Shown: positions 17,968 to 24,000 of the stretch, in pieces
Layout: each line of letters starts with the position of its first letter
Position numbering within the stretch: the first letter of the stretch is position 1
NCBI RefSeq assembly: GCF_900114235.1
Contig: NZ_FOSJ01000026.1
Location: 1-24,000, forward strand
Origin: Marinilactibacillus piezotolerans
GTDB lineage: Bacteria > Bacillota > Bacilli > Lactobacillales > Carnobacteriaceae_A
Reading direction: 5' to 3'
DNA: 24,000 nt
Position numbers and translations under genes: made by a program
Notes under the pieces: model-generated
Seen by the model: only the letters and a program-made list of their open reading frames with translations
The model's database searches: none
Told to the model about the DNA's origin: nothing

Positions 17968-17996
17968 TTGACAAGAAAGTTATGTATAACTAACAT
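17968..17996 (+). promoter_or_regulatory. Candidate promoter of the MarR gene with an embedded palindrome
   Basis: -35 TTGACA (17968-17973), a 17-nt spacer and a weak -10 TAACAT (17991-17996). The inverted repeat AGTTAT-GT-ATAACT (17978-17991) lies in the spacer. Confidence 0.45.
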
Positions 17997-18030
17997 GATT
18001 TTATAAGACTAGAGAAAGGGCTGGAAATGT

Positions 18031-18471
18031 ATGGATCCCCGTGGCACGATTGGATTTGAACTTAGAGAATTATCTATTTTACTGATCCGATATATTGAAA
18101 AAGAAAAAGCAATCAATAATCTTGAAGATATTCAAAGCTTACAAGCCTGGACGTTAGGCTATTTATATAAAAATCAGCATAAAACTATTTTTCAAAAAGA
18201 TATTGAAAGAGAGTTTTCAATTCGTAAATCTACTACAAGTAATTTAGTTAAAAGAATGAAAAAAAATGGATTTATCGAAGAAAAAAAAGGAACTCAAAGT
18301 GACAAGCGCTTGAAACAATTAGTCTTGACAGAAAAAGCAATTGCACAGATTCAAGCTTTCAAGCCATATGTTCATCGTCTGGAAGAAAAAATAACTGAAA
18401 ATATCAACCCTCAAGAAATAGAGCAGTTCAAAGAAACGCTGGCAAAAATAAAAGCTAATCTCAGCTGTTGA
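18031..18471 (+). CDS. MarR-family transcriptional regulator
   Basis: 146 aa with a winged-HTH pattern (FQKDIEREFSIRKSTTSNLVKRMKKNGFIEEKKGTQSDKRLKQLVLTEKA). It lies directly downstream of the ABC pair. Confidence 0.8.
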   Translation: MDPRGTIGFELRELSILLIRYIEKEKAINNLEDIQSLQAWTLGYLYKNQHKTIFQKDIEREFSIRKSTTSNLVKRMKKNGFIEEKKGTQSDKRLKQLVLTEKAIAQIQAFKPYVHRLEEKITENINPQEIEQFKETLAKIKANLSC

Positions 18472-18584
18472 ATAAAAAACTCTGCTGATGGCACTAATTC
18501 AGGTGGGTAGTTCTTGATGATCAAAGCCCTTTGCTTACCTATAAAATCTTTTGAAGCAACCTGTAAACGTATATTTTGAATTTA

Positions 18585-18613
18585 CTAAAAGCTGTTGCTA
18601 TACTGTTGTTATT
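18585..18613 (+). promoter_or_regulatory. Sigma-A promoter for the small ORF starting at 18644
   Basis: -35 TTGAAT (18585-18590), a 17-nt spacer and -10 TATACT (18608-18613). It lies inside the over-extended track ORF 18551-18895. Confidence 0.6.
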
Positions 18614-18643
18614 GAAGGAAGCAGACGGATAGGAGGAATCATT

Positions 18644-18895
18644 TTGTCAGAAGATATTCTAAGAAATCGGATCATTGAAATTTATAAAAGTGATGAAGGT
18701 ATCAACGGAAAAATAGGCGAATTGAAGACAGCTTTTCCTGATGGTGAAATTATAGAGAACGTAGAGCAACTTTATGAAGAAGGCATCCTTGTAATCAGAG
18801 ATGGTAAAGGCTCAGGAAAAGAGTCATTTCTTTCTAAAGCAGATAATGACAAAGAAGTGACTGATTTTTATCCAGAAGTATTACGGTACAAGTAA
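18644..18895 (+). CDS. Small acidic hypothetical protein (~83 aa)
   Basis: TTG start at 18644 preceded by SD AGGAGG with about 7-nt spacing. The promoter is about 30 nt upstream and a terminator lies directly downstream. No recognisable family. Confidence 0.55.
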   Translation: MSEDILRNRIIEIYKSDEGINGKIGELKTAFPDGEIIENVEQLYEEGILVIRDGKGSGKESFLSKADNDKEVTDFYPEVLRYK

Positions 18896-18911
18896 AAACT
18901 GATAAATCTAC

Positions 18912-18948
18912 GCACTGGTGAGTATCAACTACTTACCGGTGCTTTTTT
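18912..18948 (+). terminator. Rho-independent terminator
   Basis: The stem is GCACTGGTGAGTA paired with TACTTACCGGTGC, with G-U pairs and a 5-nt loop, followed by TTTTTT. Confidence 0.75.
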
Positions 18949-18990
18949 GTATGGAATTTAGCCAAGTGTCCATTGAAAGGTATAATCAAA

Positions 18991-19019
18991 TTGACTTCTA
19001 ATGTAAGCTAAACTAGAAT
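18991..19019 (+). promoter_or_regulatory. Sigma-A promoter of the methyltransferase gene
   Basis: -35 TTGACT (18991-18996), a 17-nt spacer and -10 TAGAAT (19014-19019). Confidence 0.6.
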
Positions 19020-19076
19020 GAACTTGAATTAATTGTAGGTTAGATTAAAAAATAGAAATAATGAAGGAGATAAAAA

Positions 19077-19832
19077 ATGGTTCAAACACAAGCAGGTCAT
19101 ACCTTTCTAGCTGAACTAGGTAAAAAAAGATTGCGTCCTGGTGGAGTAGAAGCTACTAATTGGCTGATTGAACAAGGACAATTCTCACAAGAAGCTCAAG
19201 TGTTAGAAGTAGCCTGTAATATGTGTACAACTTCTATTGAACAGGTTAAAGAGTATCGGTGTCATATTACAGGAATAGATTTAGATAAGCAGGCTTTAAA
19301 GCAAGCCGAAAAGAATATCCGAAAAGCTGATTTATCTACTTACATACAAATCGTTCAAGGAAATGCTTTGAAACTTCCATTTGAAGATGCATCATTTGAT
19401 ATAGTCCTCAATGAGGCTATGCTGACAATGCTGAATGACAAGGCTAAAGCAAAAGCTTTGAAGGAATATTACCGAGTATTAAAACCGGGGGGACAGTTAC
19501 TGACGCATGATATTTCCTATATGAACAGAAGTATGGAGCCCAAGCTAAATGAACTGAGAGATACCATTAACATTAATGTAGCACCTTTACAAAGAGATGA
19601 CTGGAAAAAATTATTCCTTGATTCAGGATTTACGGAAGTTAAAAGTAAAGGTGGACCAATGTCACTGATGTCACCCGTTGGAATGCTGAGAGATGAAGGA
19701 TGCTGGAATACAGGAAAAATTATATTCAATGGTATGAAAAAAGAAAATCGAACGAGGTTCAAACAAATGATGCGATTCTTTAATAAATCAGGTAAAGAAC
19801 TAGATTATATAGCTGTTTCCAGCAGAAAATAA
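19077..19832 (+). CDS. Class I SAM-dependent methyltransferase
   Basis: 251 aa with SD AAGGAG. It has a motif I-like VLEVACNMCT, an acidic residue at the end of beta2 (ITGIDLD), a motif IV-like FDIVLNE and the post-motif YRVLKPGG. Confidence 0.75.
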   Translation: MVQTQAGHTFLAELGKKRLRPGGVEATNWLIEQGQFSQEAQVLEVACNMCTTSIEQVKEYRCHITGIDLDKQALKQAEKNIRKADLSTYIQIVQGNALKLPFEDASFDIVLNEAMLTMLNDKAKAKALKEYYRVLKPGGQLLTHDISYMNRSMEPKLNELRDTININVAPLQRDDWKKLFLDSGFTEVKSKGGPMSLMSPVGMLRDEGCWNTGKIIFNGMKKENRTRFKQMMRFFNKSGKELDYIAVSSRK

Positions 19833-20031
19833 GCGAGTATATAACATTAAGGGCTTTTTGAATTTGAGTTTTAACGAATAAAAGGTTACTGCAGTAATTA
19901 GTCAGTATGCTATAAATCTTGTTCCTTAGAGATTTAAGTATAAAATTGAATCTGAAAAGGATAATTCAGTTTTCTATTCGACTCATTTGCTTTAAACTGT
20001 AAATAATCAATTTATGAATGGAGTGAAGTGA

Positions 20032-20478
20032 ATGGGACAAATTGTGTATACTAATTATTGGCTGAACCGACTTAGTGATGTAAAGAAAGAGCATGGTAGC
20101 TATGTAACTGAAGAAGAAGCAATAGATGGGATTAAAGCTTGGTGGGATCTGCATAGTGAACATTATCCTCATGCTCAGTTCAAGCGGACACAATCCGGAG
20201 CTCTAGAAGTCATCTATGATGATGATAATCACTACTATCGTATTGAAAAAAGAACAATAGAAGGTGCATTGCCTTCTAAGAATTATCGATTAAGAAAAGC
20301 TGGAGAAATTGAATCTCTGCGCTTTAAACATAGCCTTCACGAAGAAGCTTATCTATTTGATGAATTAGCAGAGCCATTACGAGATCGACTAGTAATTGCA
20401 ATGGCAGATTCCAAAAAGTTACAAGATTATATTTACGATGAAGATGGTTGTCCAATAAAAAAAATAAATGAAAAATAA
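20032..20478 (+). CDS. Hypothetical protein (148 aa)
   Basis: The ORF has SD GGAGTGA upstream and a terminator downstream. No recognisable motif. Confidence 0.55.
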   Translation: MGQIVYTNYWLNRLSDVKKEHGSYVTEEEAIDGIKAWWDLHSEHYPHAQFKRTQSGALEVIYDDDNHYYRIEKRTIEGALPSKNYRLRKAGEIESLRFKHSLHEEAYLFDELAEPLRDRLVIAMADSKKLQDYIYDEDGCPIKKINEK

Positions 20479-20492
20479 TAATTGATTCATCA

Positions 20493-20535
20493 GGTCTCCG
20501 AGGGTATTAAAAAGCATCTTCGGAGGCCCTTTTTA
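20493..20535 (+). terminator. Rho-independent terminator
   Basis: The stem is GGTCTCCGAGG paired with CTTCGGAGGCC (two G-U pairs), followed by CTTTTT. Confidence 0.7.
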
Positions 20536-20749
20536 ATAAATATTTGAAATTCAGAAATAAAAATTCTACTGTAATCAGCTTATAAAATTTGTTTCAATAA
20601 TTAACCTGAGGAGATAAACTAATAGAGACTCGGAGACGTTACATAATATTGGTTGGATAATAACTTTGCCTATGCAAATTCTTTCGCAAAGATCTTCAAA
20701 TAAAGTATACTAATTTATAACAGACAATTTATAAGTGGGAGAATAATGG

Positions 20750-21739
20750 ATGTTTACAGAAAAACGATTGACAGAAGCCTATAATAATGCCAAAGAAATG
20801 TTTTATGATGATTATTCTCGTATTGTGTTTATGAGTGATGCACACCGTGGAGATGGTAGTGTATCAGATGAATTTCTACGTAGTCGCAATCTTTTTGTGC
20901 ACGCTTTAAAAGAATATTATGAAAGTGAGTATACTTTTGTAGAAGTAGGCGATGGAGAAGAACTTTTAGAATATTCAGAGTTTGAGCATATAAAAAATGC
21001 CCACACAGATGTATATGGATTGATTAAAAAGTTTTATGATAAAGACCGTTACATTCGCATTTTTGGAAATCATGATATCTTTTTAAAAAAGCAGAAATAT
21101 GTTGAAAAGAACTATTACATTAATTATGACGAATACAGTGAAGAATATTTTGATTTCTTGAAAGGGATTGATCCGTTAGAATCCCTGGTTCTAAAGCATC
21201 GTCAGACAAGTCAGGAAATATTTGTGTTGCACGGACATCAAGGGGATGCACCGAATGATCAGTTCTGGTTTTTCACTATGCTTTCTTTGAAATACTTCTG
21301 GCGATTCTTACATCGATTTGGAATTCGCAATCCTGCCAGTCCGATTAAAAATGTATCGAAAAGACATAAAATTGAACGTAATTATAGTAAATGGATCAAG
21401 AAAAATAGGAGAATGCTGATATGCGGTCACACACATCGCTTCAAGTTTCCTAAAAATCGTGCAGTTCCTTACTTTAATACTGGGTGCGGGATTTATCCTT
21501 CTAGTATTACTGCATTAGAACTTTCTGAAGGAATGATTCGTCTTGTTCGATGGAAAGAAAAAGTGAATGATGATGGATTGCTGTATATCAAAAGGGAAAC
21601 CATGAGAGGTCCGGAACCTGTTGAACTATTTGATATCCGCAAGCCAAAAGAAGTTGTGGAATATTTAGCTAAACTGAAAATTCAACGAACCAAAAAATCA
21701 AGAGAGGAAAGAGCTGCTTTCAGAGAAGAGAAGATGTAA
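20750..21739 (+). CDS. Metallophosphoesterase (calcineurin-like, LpxH-type family)
   Basis: 329 aa. Phosphoesterase motifs appear in order: SDAHRGDG, VGDGEE, GNHD, HGHQGD and CGHTH. The C-terminal tail is basic. Confidence 0.8.
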   Translation: MFTEKRLTEAYNNAKEMFYDDYSRIVFMSDAHRGDGSVSDEFLRSRNLFVHALKEYYESEYTFVEVGDGEELLEYSEFEHIKNAHTDVYGLIKKFYDKDRYIRIFGNHDIFLKKQKYVEKNYYINYDEYSEEYFDFLKGIDPLESLVLKHRQTSQEIFVLHGHQGDAPNDQFWFFTMLSLKYFWRFLHRFGIRNPASPIKNVSKRHKIERNYSKWIKKNRRMLICGHTHRFKFPKNRAVPYFNTGCGIYPSSITALELSEGMIRLVRWKEKVNDDGLLYIKRETMRGPEPVELFDIRKPKEVVEYLAKLKIQRTKKSREERAAFREEKM

Positions 21740-21753
21740 AAATAAAGAGCAGT

Positions 21754-21797
21754 AAAATAGCCATTCGTCTTTATAAATAGAGAATGGCTATTTTTGT
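21754..21797. terminator. Bidirectional terminator between the convergent genes
   Basis: AAAATAGCCATTC (21754-21766) pairs perfectly with GAATGGCTATTTT (21782-21794). The A-run upstream and T-run downstream serve both strands. Confidence 0.75.
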
Positions 21798-21801
21798 ATG
21801 A

Positions 21802-22635
21802 TTAATTTTTTAAAGTAACAGTTATCAGTTCAGGTCTGTTATTGATTCGAACAGGAATGATACTGTTTCCTAAACCACGACTAACGATCATATGAGTCTG
21901 ATTTTCAGTATAGATACCAGCAGTATATTCAGGGAATATTCCTTGATCTGGAGCAATCAGTCCGCCGATGAAAGGAATTCTGAATTGTCCTCCATGGGCG
22001 TGTCCGCTGAATACTAACTGGAAATCCTGAGCTGCATAGGTTTCATATAATTCAGGACGATGAGAAAGTAATATTTTGAAACCTTCAAAACGACTAGATA
22101 GTGTTTTTAAGGTTTCCTCAGGACTGGAATTTTGGAATGTCGGATCTTGCAGTCCAGCCAACATTATCTGAGAAGAACCTTTACTTATAAAGATAGACTG
22201 GTTGTCTAGAATGGTTATTTCTCTTTCAACTAACTCTGCTTTTAATTGAACATACTCCTCACTCCAAGCTTCATGATTTCCCGTTACAAAGTATAAAGGA
22301 GCAATCTCCTTAGACTGATCAATAAATTCTAGAGCAGTAGGCAGATCTGTTTTTGATGAATCAATTAAATCACCAGTAAGAACAATAATATCCGGCTCTT
22401 CTTCTTGTAGTTTCTCAATAAGTTGGCTGCCCCAGTCTTTGTTATGTAAATCTGAGACTTGAGCGATCTTATATCCGTTAAAGCTTTCTGGCAGTTCCTC
22501 ATCTTGTACAGTGAAATGAGTGGTTTGAATTGAATAGTTTCCCCAGAGCATCCAAAATATTAGTATAATGGTTATAGTTAAGGTAATAATCAGATATTTA
22601 TGTTTTTTAGTAAAATTGATAGTTTGCTGTTTCAA
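21802..22635 (-). CDS. Membrane-anchored metallophosphoesterase (YkuE/YkoQ-like)
   Basis: The motifs are VSDLHN, TGDLID, GNHE, SHRP and GHAHGGQ, with an N-terminal TM helix (YLIITLTITIILIFWMLW). I prefer TTG 22635, preceded by AGGAG with 7-nt spacing, to the track start at 22665, which has no SD. Confidence 0.8.
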   Translation of the reverse strand: MKQQTINFTKKHKYLIITLTITIILIFWMLWGNYSIQTTHFTVQDEELPESFNGYKIAQVSDLHNKDWGSQLIEKLQEEEPDIIVLTGDLIDSSKTDLPTALEFIDQSKEIAPLYFVTGNHEAWSEEYVQLKAELVEREITILDNQSIFISKGSSQIMLAGLQDPTFQNSSPEETLKTLSSRFEGFKILLSHRPELYETYAAQDFQLVFSGHAHGGQFRIPFIGGLIAPDQGIFPEYTAGIYTENQTHMIVSRGLGNSIIPVRINNRPELITVTLKN

Positions 22636-22737
22636 GAAAAGGCTCCTATCGGCTACGGGCTTCAAAATATTATTTTCTAGAATTATAACATAGGTTTAGA
22701 GATAGTGAATTGAATAAATAGCGTAAGCTGATTAATT

Positions 22738-23016
22738 TTAGCTTAATGGGGAAATGGCTCCGCCGATACCTCTACCGATACCTCCGTCTGTGATCATTAC
22801 TTTGTCTTCGTCAATATGGGTAATTTCCAGGAACTGTTTTTTGAATTCTTCTAAGGTAAGATTTTTATTTCGACAAGTCCAGATTTTTCCTGATTTTGAG
22901 AACCAAGTAGCTAATTCTTCCAGAGGCGGAAAATCTTGAAAGGTGATAGATGTTTCTTCAAGAAAATGAATTTGAAGAAAATGATATAATTTTGTTTTTT
23001 CATTAGTATTTGTCAT
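22738..23016 (-). CDS. Hypothetical 92-aa protein with a Gly-rich C terminus
   Basis: A strong SD (AGGAGG) lies about 8 nt upstream of the ATG. The C terminus is DGGIGRGIGGAISPLS. No recognisable family. Confidence 0.55.
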   Translation of the reverse strand: MTNTNEKTKLYHFLQIHFLEETSITFQDFPPLEELATWFSKSGKIWTCRNKNLTLEEFKKQFLEITHIDEDKVMITDGGIGRGIGGAISPLS

Positions 23017-23326
23017 ATTGGGTCCTCCTGAATTAAGTCATTCCTGCATTCATTGTACGAATCGATATATATATAATACAAGTTTGATAAAAAATATCAT
23101 TCATATGTAAGCGCATTCTAATTGATATAGTAACATAAAATGCAAGATAGAGTAAGCGAAATATTTGTTTCAAGTCAATTAGCTAAGTGTTAAATAATTA
23201 GCATTGTCAGAATCAATCAATGTTGTTTTATTTGATAACGAGTCCTAAAAGTATGGTAAACTCAAGGTATCAGTAATCATTTTTACCTTATTAATAAACA
23301 TAATCAAAATTTATAAGGAGATTGTT

Positions 23327-24000
23327 ATGAAAGAAAAACTATTACTATTTGATATTGGCGGTTCTTCTATTAAATGTGGTATCTGGGAGAATGAAAATTT
23401 ATTGAATTTAGATAATATACAGACGCCTGATTCTTGGGATGAAATGAAAGAACAGTTTTTAATCGTATTTAATCGTTATAACGATGTACCTTTCAGTGGC
23501 GTAGGAATTAGTTGTCCAGGAGCGGTTGATACAGAAAATGGTGTGATTAATGGAATCAGTGCTATAGCCTACATCCATCGGTTTCCGATTAAGAAAGCAT
23601 TCGAAGAATTATTCGGGCTTCCGGTCTCTATTCAAAATGATGCGAATTGTGCTGGATTGGCTGAGTTATGGAAAGGTAATGCTCAAGGTGCTAGTTCTGC
23701 TTGTTGTATGATTATTGGTACTGGAATAGGCGGTGCAGTGATTATTGACGGCAAACTTCATAGTGGTCATAATCTCTTTGGAGGAGAATTTGGATATCAG
23801 ATTATTGATTCAAACAGCTCAACGACTTTAAGTGAAGTTGGGAGCCCCGTAAAAATGGCAAAAAACTACACAAAACAAAAAGCAGACGGCACAGTATATA
23901 ATGGTGAAGATGTATTTAAGTTTGCTGAAAACGGGGATGAACTAGCTGAGAAAATGAGAAGTAAACTTTTGGATGCATTAAGTTTAGGCATTTACAATTT
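23327..24000 (+). CDS. ROK-family sugar kinase (5' part; runs off the window end)
   Basis: It is not in the ORF track because it is open at the window end. SD AAGGAG lies 6 nt upstream of ATG 23327. My own translation reads MKEKLLLFDIGGSSIKCGIW…GISCPGAVD…IQNDANCAGLAELW…IGTGIGGAVI…GGEFGY, which are typical ROK motifs. Confidence 0.8.
   Translation, partial: MKEKLLLFDIGGSSIKCGIWENENLLNLDNIQTPDSWDEMKEQFLIVFNRYNDVPFSGVGISCPGAVDTENGVINGISAIAYIHRFPIKKAFEELFGLPVSIQNDANCAGLAELWKGNAQGASSACCMIIGTGIGGAVIIDGKLHSGHNLFGGEFGYQIIDSNSSTTLSEVGSPVKMAKNYTKQKADGTVYNGEDVFKFAENGDELAEKMRSKLLDALSLGIYN

Noticed and set aside
19517-20193. Minus-strand ORFs 19517-19762 and 19966-20193
   Set aside because: The first is antisense to the methyltransferase. 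The second overlaps the 5' end and SD of the 148-aa plus-strand gene and has no SD of its own.
22754-22939. 61-aa plus-strand ORF
   Set aside because: It is antisense to the 92-aa minus-strand gene, which has a near-perfect SD. The plus-strand ORF has none.

Overview
The window looks like a low-GC Firmicutes chromosome, Lactobacillales-like judging by SD sequences, sigma-A promoters and gene content. It probably starts at a contig edge, because position 1 coincides with the left inverted repeat of an IS1380-family element (1-1679). That IS has inserted into a GmrSD-type (DUF262/DUF1524) type IV restriction-like gene. The remaining 3' part (1680-2904) also carries an in-frame TGA, so the gene is dead twice over.

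Directly downstream is a tightly packed, same-strand four-gene block (3050-6985) closed by a rho-independent terminator. It encodes a glycine-zipper membrane protein, a translationally coupled 453-aa protein of no recognisable family, a helicase-less DUF3427-type protein, and a stand-alone eukaryotic-like Ser/Thr kinase. I consider this block the best candidate for an undescribed anti-phage or abortive-infection system. It sits next to a decayed restriction gene and an IS, and only its kinase resembles a known defence protein (Stk2).

The rest looks like ordinary housekeeping or accessory metabolism:
- an RpiR-regulated beta-glucoside operon (GH1 6-phospho-beta-glucosidase plus PTS EIIBCA)
- a 745-bp ORF-free region with short direct repeats and a strong bidirectional hairpin
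- a multi-TM PAS-GGDEF diguanylate cyclase
- a heterodimeric ABC exporter pair with one degenerate ATP site, followed by a MarR regulator, with related palindromic operators upstream of both
- a small 84-aa protein, a SAM methyltransferase and a 148-aa hypothetical
- two convergent metallophosphoesterases and a 92-aa hypothetical
- the 5' part of a ROK-family kinase running off the window

I saw no rRNA, tRNA or CRISPR array.
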